From contig JBLDXI010000036.1 of the NCBI GenBank assembly GCA_047495785.1, positions 1 through 64,000 of the forward strand: DNA of 64,000 bases, written 5' to 3'. Position 1 is the stretch's first letter. Every line of letters begins with the position of its first letter. The DNA is from Lepidodermella squamata. Taxonomy: Eukaryota; Animalia; Gastrotricha. Below, one piece after another: positions 1 to 12,419 of this stretch. A model generated the notes under the pieces. That model ran no database searches, was not told the DNA's origin, and was given only the letters and a program-made list of their open reading frames with translations. The position numbers and the translations under genes are program-made.

Positions 1-1188
1 ATCTCATCTGCTACCGTCATTTTTTCATTCTGTCCACTAGGATATCGTGCTAAATGGCAACGTGCTCACTACAGTAGAACTAGGGTAAGAACTACGGAGG
101 AGATCGGCAACTTTAGAAAATAGGGCTAATACCATCTAACCCGGGAATTGTAGAAAGCTTTAGTCGAGTCACAGTTAATGCTAAATTGAACCAAGCGCTG
201 GCTAACGGGAAACTCAGCGGTACTGGGGGTTGAAGAGGCTCAGTTCGTGGAAGATAGTGAAGTAGGACCCTAGCTGTAGTTCTGTCGCTGTGTCAAGTGG
301 CCGTTTCCTCGCTCTTAGAAAATAGAACTAATAAGGCCTCTAACCAGGGAGTTATAAAGATCTCAAGGCGTTACACGCAGTATCGGCTACCACGTCCGAC
401 CACGTCCACCAAAGGAGAACTCGGCGGTTCTGGGAGTTGTAGAGACTCAGTTCGTCGCAGATCAAGTTCGGATGCGTCAAGCTGCCGGTGATAGCAGCCT
501 AAGAGCCTCTGAAGCGGTAGTCGTGAAACGGACTGCCAGAATTGCGAGGAGTGTTTTGTTTTGAAACATGGCGACGTGGAACTGTTGCCGCTAAAGGCAA
601 GCCTAGGCCAAGATCGATTCCGTTCTGAGATCTTTACTCTGGCTCTGATAGTAGCTCCCTTACTAAACGAGGTGACATCATCAGCCTACGCGCCTTGGGA
701 CTTACCAAGGGCTCTGGGTGAACATATGAGATCACAGGTGTAGATTACAAGGCAGTAGAACGAAGTAGCACTACTTGACATCCTTTCCCCACTCGTAGAA
801 AACGGGACTAGTGGCATCGAACCAATAGGTATTAGAGTCTCAAGGCGATGTACCACGCGCCGGAGAACGGAGAACTCGGCCGGTCTGGGAGCTGAAGAGG
901 CTCAGTTCGTTGATGATCGGGTATGGACATCGGGCGCGACGAACTGTTCGGGATAGTTGGAGCCTACAGCAACTAATTCGGTGAACGGCGTAATGGATTT
1001 CAGTGAGATTGCCGCTGAATCAGCTGAAACACCGAGTCGGGCAGCAATACACATAACCGAACCGTCAGCCCGAACCGTCTCACTACCCTTGAGAATCAGC
1101 GGTATTCGCCGCAAACCGAGGGTCTGAAAGCGCAACCTGAATGCCAGCGACAAGGCGATTCACGATTAACGCTGTGCATCGTTTTCTG

Positions 1189-1327
1189 CCCGTATCAACA
1201 ATTTTCAGTATTCCGTAAGATGAAATATGCTAATGAGCACTTTTCATTGTTCAGTGCGTGAAATCACAATGAAAAGTGCTCATTAGCATATTTCATCTTA
1301 CGGAATACTGAAAATTGTTGATACGGG
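1189..1327. mobile_element. Hairpin MITE, CACTA/CMC-like (CCC...GGG termini)
   Basis: ~62-bp perfect inverted arms (1189-1250 / 1266-1327) starting CCCGTATCAACA; flanked by TG on both sides (2-bp TSD). Same terminal motif as 50096-50263. Confidence 0.75.
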
Positions 1328-1682
1328 TGACGAGTGCTGCTCCGGCATCATAAGTGATGGTCATGATTCAGCGTCGAACAGCAGTGTCAAGGTCGAGTCA
1401 ATGCAGATCAATACATCGACATTCTGCGGCGGGTTGAAATCGACAGAATTGACAGAATCGAAGCCACGTCAATTGCTGGCCAATACTTTATTGCCCTCAC
1501 CATGTGATTGCTGAATAAAACCACGCTCAGAAGTATAAAATCTCAAGGAAAGGTTGATTTTCGGTCACCGGCAAGAAGTTTTGTCCGATAGTGTAAGTCT
1601 GTTATGTATGCGGTGGTCGGTGGTTAACTACTCAGTTATCGCCAAGTTTTACATCCCAAAACCAAACCTGAATAGTTAAAAG

Positions 1683-1810
1683 AGTGCGCAGCAGGCGTGC
1701 ACAGACTGTGCGCACGCTGGCGGCATACAAACAAACAAACAAACAAACAAACAAACAACTTGTCAACTCACAAACGGTGACAGTATGGGGGTTCCCCCCG
1801 GCATTCTTAT
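1683..1810 (+). repeat. Short interspersed repeat with (CAAA)n microsatellite and GC hairpin
   Basis: (CAAA)n at ~1727-1758 followed by ACGGTGACAGTATGGGGGTTCCCCCCGGCATT; related copy without the microsatellite at ~31080-31185. Confidence 0.6.
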
Positions 1811-1902
1811 TCAGTATATCACACATCTTTTTAAATCATACATATTCCCGAAATCGGGTCCCGCACAGAGTAGGGAAAAGTTAATAGCAGGCTTCAAATA
1901 AA

Positions 1903-2406
1903 CACTTTAACTGCCAAAAATAGACTGCGAGGTCCGATATTTGGGTCAAATTCCTGGGTCTGTCAAAAAGTCATTTATTTCGGTTCAACGATGCGTCGAG
2001 GGGCAGAATGCCTGACGGCAAAGTGTAGGCCATGTCCCGGCGGTTCTTTTGACACCGAATTCGGGGCCACAAGGTCTGAGCAGGTCATTGAAAATGACAG
2101 TGAAAGAACGTCGAAATTTTGGATTAGAGCCAAAAATCAGACCCAAGAATCGGACCTAATTATTAGACCCAGATTATGGCGCAACAATTGAAATTTCACT
2201 GTTTTTCAAGTTTGATTTCTGTGCGTTCCTTGAAGTCTTTGGCCCCGAATTCGGTGTCAAAAGAACCGCCGGGACATGGCCTACACTTTGCCGTCAGGCA
2301 TTCTGCCCCTCGACGCATCGTTGAACCGAAATAAATGACTTTTTGACAGACCCAGAAATTAGACCCAAATATCGGACCTCGCAGTCTATTTTTGGCAGTT
2401 AAAGTG
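1903..2406. mobile_element. Non-autonomous piggyBac-like element with long TIRs
   Basis: ~165-bp near-perfect inverted repeats CACTTTAACTGCC.../...GGCAGTTAAAGTG; TTAA on the right, TAAA on the left; diverged one-arm relative at ~44130-44365. Confidence 0.75.
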
Positions 2407-2889
2407 TTAAACGCTTCGAAGCAGCATGGATTCCACGTAAATAAAAAAAATAGGCTTCAAAGTAAAATAAATGTTATTAATTAGATTAACACCGTGTTAA
2501 TCCAAGGCTGCTTAATGGTGGTGGCATGCAAGTAGTGATTTTTGCGAAGCAATTAGGACCACTTAATATACTTGTCTTTTTTTAGCACAGCAACTATTGA
2601 TCTATCGACATCCAAGACAAAATATTCTCCTAAAGATATAACAGCCTCTTAACAGCATATATATAGCAGCATAGGTTTCTTGCCCCGACAGCCGAGCTAG
2701 CGTGACCTTGCCGATCTAAAATCGGCGCAACTATATAATTCAAAGATCGTTCAACTTGAACTTACAGGGCCGAAATAGAACAGCCGGAAAAGGCCGTCAG
2801 AAATCTTTGATACCTTCCTTTCAAAATCGACAACGGGCTCATCCACCCTCGAGGATAATTTAGGCAAAAAATCACACAAATTCACCGCT

Positions 2890-4963
2890 TACCGCAGGTT
2901 ATTTGTGATGAAGCCTGTGAGTATTCGGCTAGGTCTTTTCGAGAAATTGACATGGTGATGGTAAGTAGTTTGCAATCCTAGCAGAATCTTATATCTAGTA
3001 TCTAGTTAAGAGATTTCAGGTTTCGCAAACTTGCTCTGGCGCGTACTCGAGAAGTCAGGTCTACAACAGCAACTTATATTCAACCCTAGCTGATATTGAT
3101 ACTTATAAATTTGCTGTTCTTGAGGCTATTCGAAGTGTTGGCAAGTGGCGACAAGTCGGTGTTTTCTATTCGTGGTGGTTACGAGACATCGCAATCGGAG
3201 CCATGAATCTCTTCGCAACGCTAATTCAGAACGAAATAATCGTGAAAGAGTTCGTTGGGGTTAGTTTTTACAACGAAGCTAGCGATGCCGATTTTGAAGC
3301 GCTGATGAATGTCCGGATCATAGTTCTGTATCCATCTGGATCTGCAGAATGCGTTTACTTCCTCTGCCGGGCCTATCGCTACAACATTCGACCCCCATTT
3401 TACCACTGTATAATTTTACTCCCAGCCTGTTTAGCTTTGGCATCGATGAATCTGCCTAATGCCTGCTCCCGCAACATTTTAGATCATCAGCTCAGGGGTA
3501 GTTTCTTCGTTGGGGTGCCTACAACCCCGTTTAAGTTACCAACAAATTCAAGTTTAGGAATCAGTCCTATGCAGCTAAATACTATTGTCGACCGGAATTT
3601 AGCCTTCTTAACCGAGCCTGCGGGCGATGAGGCTATTAGATATGCTACATTCGATGCATTCATGACAACACTAATCGTGTTAGATCGCACTGAGACTGCT
3701 CTCAAGAAAAACTGCAACTTGACTCTCAGGGACTATAAAGACCCAGCTAAGAGACATTATATTTACGAAGTTGCAAATCGAACTGCGGCAGGGATTAGGC
3801 TACACGGTTTTCGAAGTAGGGAAATAGCTCGAGGCAGGAATGGCGAAAATTACCAGGATCTATCGATTTTTCAGCCTGGTCTCCATCTAAGACCTCGTCT
3901 TGTTGCTCACTTGGAATATCAGTATGTTTTCAACTACGTCCTTGATGCTGAACCCATTTGGGCGACTAAGAATGGCAAGGCCCCAAAGGATTTGACAAAA
4001 ATCGAGCTCAGGTTCGCTAAATGCGGACAGGGCTTAATTATAGGAATATCAAGTGTGTGTGGGATTTTCGTCCTGGGTCAGTTTGCTATTTTATACGTAA
4101 CGATCAATTTACCACATGAAGCTTTTCTCGACGCAAGGAAAAAGGTCATAGTATTCGTTAGTTGCATGGGGATGAACGCCTCCTCGCTTTTTCTCGTGGT
4201 TGGATATGATTTAGCTCCCAAACAGGAATGCAAGTGGAGGCCCTTCTTGAATGGTATTGGCTTCAGTCTAATGTCCAGTCTAATATTAAGCCAAATTGTA
4301 GGCTACTCTAAAGTCAAGGTCAAAAAGATCCGCAAGGAGAACAAAGAACCGCGCTATTTGAACGGAATAACCAGGTTAAGAACGTTGATGCAGGCGCGAG
4401 CTAGCATAGCAGAAAGAACATCAACGAATGAAGTCATCTTTGCTGGATCGCGAATGATCCTAACTTTGGCGAGTAGCAGATTCGAAATCAGTTCCATAAT
4501 CAGCAAAACCTTCTGCGCAACGTTTTTCTTCGAATCTTTCCTTCTTAGCTTGTGGATGATTGTTGAACCTCTGAGCATAACTCTCGTAACATCGGAAATT
4601 CGATTCGATGAATTCCAGGATACTTATTATAATATCACAATGCCGATGTGTGGTTCAGGTAATGCAAGGTATTGGTTAGTTGCTTTCTTAATTCTCGTTT
4701 TCCTGACCAACCTTGTTGCCAACTTCTACTCACTTAAAATAAGAAAGAAGAAATTTCCAGTCGGGTTTTCGCTGAGTGTCTTTCTCTTTAGAATCGCTGC
4801 AGTGGCAAGTGTGAGTATTTTGGGCGCTGGCTTCCTTATTGTTATCATCGTAGCGAATTCAGGTAGTTCTTGTTATGTTAACTTTGCTTTGGCTGTGGTA
4901 CAACTGATTTACTCACTCGTTATCTCAAGCATTCTACTTCTCCCTGTAGCTATTGTTATCTGA
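2890..4963 (+). CDS. Divergent class C GPCR, GABA-B-receptor-like (Venus-flytrap part + 7TM)
   Basis: Exon ending 2960 (ICDEACEYSARSFREIDMVM|gtaagt), intron 2961-3019, then one exon 3020-4963 (VSQTCSG...WRQVGVFY...) running into the 586-aa ORF. About seven hydrophobic segments with class C-type motifs CKWRPFLNGIGFSL (TM3), WMIVEP (TM4), PMC (ECL2). The 5' part upstream of ~2890 is unresolved and may be disrupted. Confidence 0.75.
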
Positions 4964-5723
4964 TAAATAGATGCTATTACCTTCATTATTCGTTTTCGAA
5001 TTGCGGTTGCCGGGATCCCAAACAAAAAAATATGAAAATCGGTGACTTCACGTTTTAATATTGCGCTATTTGATAAATGTGATGACTGTTATCAAGTAAA
5101 AAGTGGGTTTTTGCGAATTTGTTGACATTTTTTCATAATTTTTTATTTAAAAATAGAGAGAACACACGCAGATAACTTAATAGTAGAATAACATTATAGG
5201 CGAGCTACACGAAAATGTGTTTGTAGTAAGTAAGCTTTAGCTCAACTTTTCTTGTAAAATAATAAAATGCGCCACCTAACAACTATTACAAATCAGTTTC
5301 CTTGCTTTGGTATCCGGAGTAGCGAATGCTCAAGATCTCGAATGTGGTTCTCTGAGCCCCACTGCCAGGGCGAAATCAAAAGGTCCAAGCAGCCAACCAG
5401 TAGTAGCACATGACTACCCTTGGCTGGTTACATTGTAGGCCGGGTTTGCAGGGTCAAAGTCCGATTTTTTTTGCCCGGTTGTTTACTGCGTCGTTTATGT
5501 GGTGGGGTGGTGGTGCGGTGGAGAATTCGTATTTTTTTCTGATGTTCCTCATTCATCACAAACCAAATAATTTATTGAGTGAGGATTTTGGATGGTTTGT
5601 GCAATTTTCTTTGCTGACCTCCTTGACAAGTGAAAAAGGGCCATTTTTAACAATTACACATAGCGAGGGCGCAATTTGCTCAAGAGAGCTTACTTAAACT
5701 GTTACCATCTTTATCACCGTACA

Positions 5724-6357
5724 GCGAAATTATGGATGGTGCAAAAATAAAGCACGCAAAATTATCTGTTGAATATGAAGGTTTTGGGCTGATCGAGGCT
5801 GAGCTTCCGTTGGTGAATCCGCTTCCACCGCGCAAGCGTGCGAATGATCTTGCGAAAAGGTATGATATTAAAGCAAAACTTAACACAGGCGAGAATTCAA
5901 GAGCATTCGCGCATTTATTTCTAAATCCGATATAATATAATTTGACGAAAATATCAAATTGCTACAATTACAATATACGTTCCTCAGTAGGCTGGTAACG
6001 TTGGGCTTACGGTTTGGCATTAATGCCAGCAAGCTTCTAGCAATGAAGTCATTTATTGGCTTCGGCTCGGTTACAAAAGAAATGTTTTATAGCATCAGAA
6101 ATGAATTAGCCCAATTACATCCGATAACGTCATCGCAGGATGGGAAATCTGCATTTCGATCCATAACGTCGCTTGCGCATAGTTGGGTTCAGCAGGGCAT
6201 CCTATCGCCACTGATTCCTAATGACATCCGATTTCAGGTGATAACCCTATGTATCTATGTAGCTATGATTGCTTTACTTTTGGTGATTTTATAAGGTTGA
6301 TGGATTTGCCGGCCGCACTACTTATTCTGATCCTTTTGTGACTTCTAACGTGATTCC
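5724..6357 (+). pseudogene. Interrupted multi-exon gene of unknown type (possibly transposase-related)
   Basis: Exon-like blocks ~5724-5859, ~5989-6237 and from ~6295 join in frame (...NDIRFQ|VDGFAGRTTYSDPFVTSNVIP); the reading resumes at 7125 (IPIKLNRKIPHYETI*) after the inserted duplication. Confidence 0.35.
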
Positions 6358-7124
6358 TAAATTGAACAAATACCCAGTGTATAGCACTAAGCTGGAGCTT
6401 ATATATCTATTCATCTACCTTAGTCAACAGGAAAGCTGGGTTGAGCTGGGTTGAGCAGGTCGCGACATCAGAAGCGAGCTATTGCCATCAGGTTATGAAA
6501 ACGTCAGCGAATATTACCGGAAAAGAATTCAGTTCGAAATCCCAGTCGATCAAATATGGTTGCCCGATATTCAACACTTGAACGCTACCGATGAGTCGCG
6601 GCCTTTCAGAGAGTATAGCTAAATTTGAGAAACTTGTTCATCAAACCATATTTATTTTTTTCGCAGCAAAAACTGATCAAAGCCCGAGCATTTGTTGACT
6701 CGGAGCCAAGATTTCTTACCTACACAGTCAGGCTGTTACACAGTTCACAAGTAGCTGTTACTTTTTCAAGTATACGAAATTCCCATTTGATACATTGACC
6801 TGTACATTTGAAATCGAAACTGAAAACCGAGCGAATGAATTAGACATTGAAATCGATAGTATTCTATTTTCTCAAGTCTACTCGCCACTGCGCAACAACG
6901 AAATATGGGAGTACATAAACTACAACGGCTCGCTTTCGAAGCGAAACTCCTTTCTGCATGCCACGATAAACCTGGTTCAGAAAAAGAAAATACCAGTACT
7001 ATGTTTGGAATGTGTTCGTGCCATCGTTGACTCTATTCGTCCTTTAGATCGCAGCTTTGATCATGCTTTGATCGATTGTAAGCGCAGGGCACGTATCACC
7101 GTAAAGCTGACCAGGATGTTGATG
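6352..7124 (+). pseudogene. Cys-loop ligand-gated ion channel (nAChR-like) fragment, derived copy
   Basis: IWLPDI motif (~6555-6572), Cys loop CYFFKYTKFPFDTLTC (6756-6803), NNEIWE, and TM1-like YYVWNVFVPSLTLFVL* in a shifted frame; frameshifts and a nonsense codon. Confidence 0.8.
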
Positions 7125-7309
7125 GATTCCGATAAAATTGAATAGAAAAATTCCTCACTATGAAACTATATGAACATTTATACCGTATATGCCGAATTAA
7201 TATCCGAGTATCTTATTGTTTGAAAGCAACCGACAACAGGGGGCTTATTCAGACTGGGGAATTAAATTGAGCTTGGGATAATAATTCGGCATATAGTTTA
7301 TGTGAAACT

Positions 7310-7515
7310 ATATTTGTATGATATAACACGAGTAAAGAGTCTATATCTGAACGGAGCCGACCGAGATTTACGAATCGGAACAAGTCGCAGACGAGTGGAG
7401 ATGAGTAAATCGAGTACGGCGAGCTCAGATATAAACGATTTACGAGTGCTGTATCAAAAAATATTGCATGAGCATGTGTACTCGATCTATATTTCCGAAA
7501 CGAATGCTATATTTA
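7310..7515 (+). repeat. ~200-bp dispersed repeat
   Basis: Close reverse-complement copy at ~26445-26650 inside intron 3 of gene B; ACGAGT-rich with internal partial palindromes. Confidence 0.75.
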
Positions 7516-7605
7516 ATTAGAGTGCTATAGGTATCATCGATATCTAGCAGTTCTTCTAGGACTGGTTTTTTCACTGATTCCCCGAACCGCTGATGAGTTT
7601 TATCT

Positions 7606-8400
7606 CATCAACATCCTGGTCAGCTTTACGGTGATACGTGCCCTGCGCTTACAATCGATCAAAGCATGATCAAAGCTGCGATCTAAAGGACGAATAGAGT
7701 CAACGATGGCACGAACACATTCCAAACATAGTACTGGTATTTTCTTTTTCTGAACCAGGTTTATCGTGGCATGCAGAAAGGAGTTTCGCTTCGAAAGCGA
7801 GCCGTTGTAGTTTATGTACTCCCATATTTCGTTGTTGCGCAGTGGCGAGTAGACTTGAGAAAATAGAATACTATCGATTTCAATGTCTAATTCATTCGCT
7901 CGGTTTTCAGTTTCGATTTCAAATGTACAGGTCAATGTATCAAATGGGAATTTCGTATACTTGAAAAAGTAACAGCTACTTGTGAACTGTGTAACAGCCT
8001 GACTGTGTAGGTAAGAAATCTTGGCTCCGAGTCAACAAATGCTCGGGCTTTGATCAGTTTTTGCTGCGAAAAAAATAAATATGGTTTGATGAACAAGTTT
8101 CTCAAATTTAGCTATACTCTCTGAAAGGCCGCGACTCATCGGTAGCGTTCAAGTGTTGAATATCGGGCAACCATATTTGATCGACTGGGATTTCGAACTG
8201 AATTCTTTTCCGGTAATATTCGCTGACGTTTTCATAACCTGATGGCAATAGCTCGCTTCTGATGTCGCGACCTGCTCAACCCAGCTCAACCCAGCTTTCC
8301 TGTTGACTAAGGTAGATGAATAGATATATAAGCTCCAGCTTAGTGCTATACACTGGGTATTTGTTCAATTTAGGAATCTTTTCAGCAAACAATAGCATCT
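7606..8400 (-). pseudogene. Cys-loop ligand-gated ion channel pseudogene, probable source copy
   Basis: 7606-8378 is the reverse complement of 6352-7124; this copy extends further 5' to a splice acceptor (ttaccgcag) near 8400. Confidence 0.8.
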
Positions 8401-8703
8401 GCGGTAATTAAAAACCGTCGCTTCTACTGTTGAAATGAGAAAATTAGGTAAATACACGGCAAGGCCATGCGGCTTCGGAATGGCAAGCGCGTTTGCAGCA
8501 GCTTCACAGTGATCAGCTCCAACGCCAGTTGCACCAGCTCCAACAACAGCCGCAGCAACAGCTCAACCCAGGTGCGAGCCAAGTGGAAACCACGCTCGCT
8601 AGTATCAGCCAAGCGCTATAGCTGATACAGTGCTCCATGTATAAGCTATCTCGCATCATGCATGATAAATTTTCAGAGCTTGATGCCTTTTCTCACTTGT
8701 TGC

Positions 8704-9043
8704 CGGTGGGAGAAGTAGCGGGGAGACTGGGAGTACGGTACTCCCAGTTCGACCGGCCGGGAGAATGACAATATTCTCAGAGTACTAGTACAAGTTTCTC
8801 GAGATTTTGCGGCAAGGCTAATTCTTGGATTGGAGATCATTTTCCTGACCATTCTTAGCTGATTTAGGTGCTTGAAACTCAATGTTTTTGGCTCGCTTCG
8901 CTCGCCTACAACCCTCTTTCTCAGTTTTTAGTTTCGTCAGTGGTTACCAAGTTGTAAGTTGGGCTGGTGGACTTTGTTGACATGTTTCCTTAGTCCTTAG
9001 AGCATACGCCTTTCTAAAACTGTTAGAATGACGTTGTGCGGAA
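8704..9043 (+). mobile_element. Non-autonomous hAT-like element end (empty-site version)
   Basis: Colinear with 15792-17075 once the two nested insertions there are removed; starts C(A/G)GTG(G/A)GAGAAGTAGCGGGG. Confidence 0.65.
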
Positions 9044-9082
9044 TCGTCAGGATTTTCGGGCGGTCTGTCCGTTTCTTCGTTT

Positions 9083-9280
9083 TTATCTACCATATAAGTA
9101 CTTGGTTTTGGCGACGTTAATTTTCAGACCCAACTCTGTACAATTTTGCTCAATGATTTGTAATAAATTAGCTATCTCTTCTCTGTTAGTTCCTATTAGC
9201 GTTCCGTCGTCAGCGAACGCTAGACTGTTTAACCGCTCTTTTCCTATAGGAAAACCGCCATTTGCTTTTGCCACTTGTTC
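9083..9280 (-). mobile_element. Non-LTR retrotransposon RT fragment
   Basis: LNSLAFADDGTLIG...GLKINVAKTKY = catalytic FADD motif and downstream LINE RT motif. Confidence 0.8.
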
Positions 9281-9827
9281 ACTTGTTAAGGTTGAAAGTT
9301 ATAGGGTCATTCCAGGTCCATTCAACAAGCGACTGTACCAAGGTTCTCAGAATAGCTCGAGACTATTTTTATCGGATAGAGCTCAAAAAGTTAGGAAACT
9401 TTTACTCTTGTGATTTTTTTCTATGACGCAAAGGTGGGCTTCTAAAAATAAAAAACGAAATACAGTAGAAATTGCTGCCAATATTTTTATCATCGTGAAA
9501 CGGCTAGGTAGGTATTATTAAAAAAATATTATCAACTGCGGCGTAACATTGAAGTACATTCGGCTTTTTTAAGCATTGAACGACTGCACTGTTCGTTATT
9601 TGCGTTAACGACCAAGGGTCAAACAAACTTTCCCCGTTCATTATCTATGAAATTAAAAGTTGTTGTTTTGACGCGTCGCTAACAACGATATAACTTCTTC
9701 AAAACAAAATAGCTGCTTAATCAGCTGCTACTTTTTTGTCGATTTTCTTTAACGGTAAGAATGAAAAATACTATAGAGCGCAGCCAGGCAAGATATAGTC
9801 GACTAACGCACTGAAGCATGTGCCGTA

Positions 9828-10024
9828 CGTATTACCGCGCTTTGAGTGTCATGCCACTATAGCTCGTTTTTTAGTGACATGTCACTATACCCCGTTTATA
9901 GTAGCATGCCAGATTACATTGCAAAGCAAAACATTAGGTGCCACTATAAACGAGGTAATTCAAAATGGGTCGAAAGCCATGTTTCACTTTATAGTGGCAT
10001 GGCACTCAAAGCGCGGTAATACGG
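9828..10024. mobile_element. Tc1/mariner-type MITE
   Basis: ~32-bp TIRs CGTATTACCGCGCTTTGAGTG(T/C)CATGCCACTATA; TA on both flanks. Confidence 0.7.
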
Positions 10025-10039
10025 TATATGTCGTATCGT

Positions 10040-11570
10040 AATGAGCAATTCTTCCAATTGCCGATAGAGATATCTCTTACCCCGATCTGCCCAGGATAGC
10101 TACATAGCCTAAAGAGATATCTCTATGGCAATAAATAGTGGTTCATAGAGATATCCCATTGAGCAATAATTTTACTACGACACGTGCCGTTTATGAGACA
10201 CGCATTTAGGTTTTTATAATTTTTTAATACAAAAAAATTTAGAAAACATTTATCAAAGTAGTTTAAATCAGAGACCCATATTGCAATGCCTAAAGCTTTA
10301 TTAGAGTATGGGTGCAAGTTCACATCGATTCGATTGACATGTCGTCTAAACCCGACAAATAAGAGATGTTATGGATCTTGCACTGTAAAGACCATACCTC
10401 ATGCTTCTCCTGGGCAATCCCGTTACCAAGTAAAGAAATGGCTCTATGGTCTCAGCAGCTATCCGTTCACGCATTTGGACATATGGACCTCCAAGACGTG
10501 GCTTTACTGACCGAGGTACCGAGTCCACTGGTGGTGATACAACCGAAGTGTTGAAGAGCTTCGGCGTCAAAATTCTGAGAACAAGGGCGAGAGCTCCCCA
10601 CCAGGTCAGTGAAAGTTCCATGTTTCTTCATCCCATTTCACCAATTCTTTAGAAATGGGACGTTGGAAATGAGACTGGGCGCTGCTATGATGCAACGAAA
10701 CAACTTTTCAGAGTAGGTTGACCTGCTTCCTGAGGTTGTCCATCGTTGGAACAACACCTGAACCAGAGTCATCAAAACCACGCCTTATCGAATGTTCTTT
10801 GGCCGAAGCACTAATTTCTCGGATATTCTGGACGTTGACGATGATAAAGAAGAGATAGTAGTAGTCAATGAAGCACAAGATCTATTCGATGATTTTGACT
10901 TCTTGCTGGAGGCTGCAAACTTTGACCCCGCGAACGAAATCGACGATGACCTTGTGGTCTTGTATCTTGTATGTCAAAGTCACAGCTCGTGCTATTGCGA
11001 AGCGCAATAAGCATCTCGAACGCGTTGATCTTTGGAAACTAAAGTTGAAGGATGGTGAAGGAGTCTACCAAGTTCTTGAAGTTCTTGCTCCAATCGTCGC
11101 TGGCGAAGCTGTGGATGGAGGTAAAGAAGTGGCCGATGAAGAGGTGCTCCCTGAGGCTATCCCTGTGTGCAACAACAAGCTGCTGGCGCAAAAAGCTGCA
11201 GCAAAAGCGCTTGCTAAGGACGTTGTTAAGGATAACGATGATGAGGAGGGCGAAGCTGAAGGGTGCCGTTGCAAGTCTGGGTGCAAGTCAACAACAAAAC
11301 GTTGCGCATGCCGTAACTGGAAAGTTGGCAAGGTCCTGCAGCCTATGAAATGTGGTCCTTCCTGTTTATGCTCAAAAAACTAATTTTTGCGAAAACAAAT
11401 AGTTGATGTGTTTTTTGACATCTATCGATGAGTTTGAGTAATGAAAATGGAGAAGATGTGAATAGAATGATTTATTTTTAATATTTCGTTAATAAACGTC
11501 GAAATTATGTGTTATTGCTCTAAGAGATATCTCAATAGGCAATAATTTATTGACAATTTATTAATTTGCT
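10040..11570 (+). mobile_element. Degenerate Ginger2/TDD (KRBA2-like) DDE-integrase DNA transposon
   Basis: IDSIDMSSKPDK*EMLWILHCKDH..FSWAIPLPSK, YGPPRRGFTDRGTE, LPEVVHRWNNT*..KTTPYRMFFGR, C-terminal CRCKSGCK..RCACR..CGPSCLCSKN; stops and frameshifts; AGAGATATCTCT palindromes in inverted arrangement near both ends. Confidence 0.7.
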
Positions 11571-12419
11571 CCAAGGAGGCTCAAGGATTTTATAAGCACC
11601 TGTGTCCTGTGTCATAAGGCAACCTGATTGTTAAATTAGGCAGTCCACATTTTTAATAAATGTTTATCTCTCTCAAGGGTCCAAATCCTACTAAATAGGC
11701 GAAGCTAAAGGCGTATCCAGACTCCAGACTTTACTTCAATGTTGGTCGTTACATTCGGTCCGATTGGTTGTTACAAAGTCTAACATGCAACAGAAACACC
11801 GCTAATTGATGTTCTGAGAACGCTGGTTAAGGTTAATAGCTGTTTTTTATTCGTTTTCCATCATTTTTGAGTTTGTGAAAACTTTGCTGACTGGCAGAAC
11901 CGTTCATCCGTTGCTAAACCCCCTCCCCTCTCACCTCATTATTTTGCTCGCAGCTGAGGGCGCTTGTGCTTATTTACCAAGTTGCTAGGCGTGTTTTGTT
12001 AATTTTCTATAAGATGTACTGCACCGCTGTTGTCAGTCCGGGGTTTCGCCAGCTGAGATCATTCGCGAAGCCTTTTTCAGGGCCCGTAGCGCTACCAACT
12101 CATTTCATCAACTTTCATTTCAACTTACACTTAACACTTTCGGCGTAATGCTGTGGATTGTGGATCTTTCAGATTCTTTTAACTGAACCTCTCGTCAATA
12201 ATCTGGTATAGTTTATTTTATGTGTACATCAGTTCGATGACAGGAAAAGTATTTTTCGAGTCGTCAACTGTCAATTGTTTCATTTTCAACTAGATTAAAC
12301 GTTACATTGTCGATTATTTTGGTGGAATTTCAACATCATGATGAAGCTAGCTCTACTAATTGTCGTTATGGTAAGATAGATAACGATTTCCTTGAAACAT
12401 TCTTCAACTCATTGCTTTT

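Noticed and set aside
6795-7935. Two soluble AChBP-like proteins (116 and 111 aa ORFs)
   Set aside because: The TM1 sequence is present in a shifted frame with a stop, and another frameshift lies upstream; pseudogene.
8450-8640. Gln-rich exon (LQQLHSDQLQRQLHQLQQQPQQQ)
   Set aside because: Short, contains a stop, no linked exons identified.
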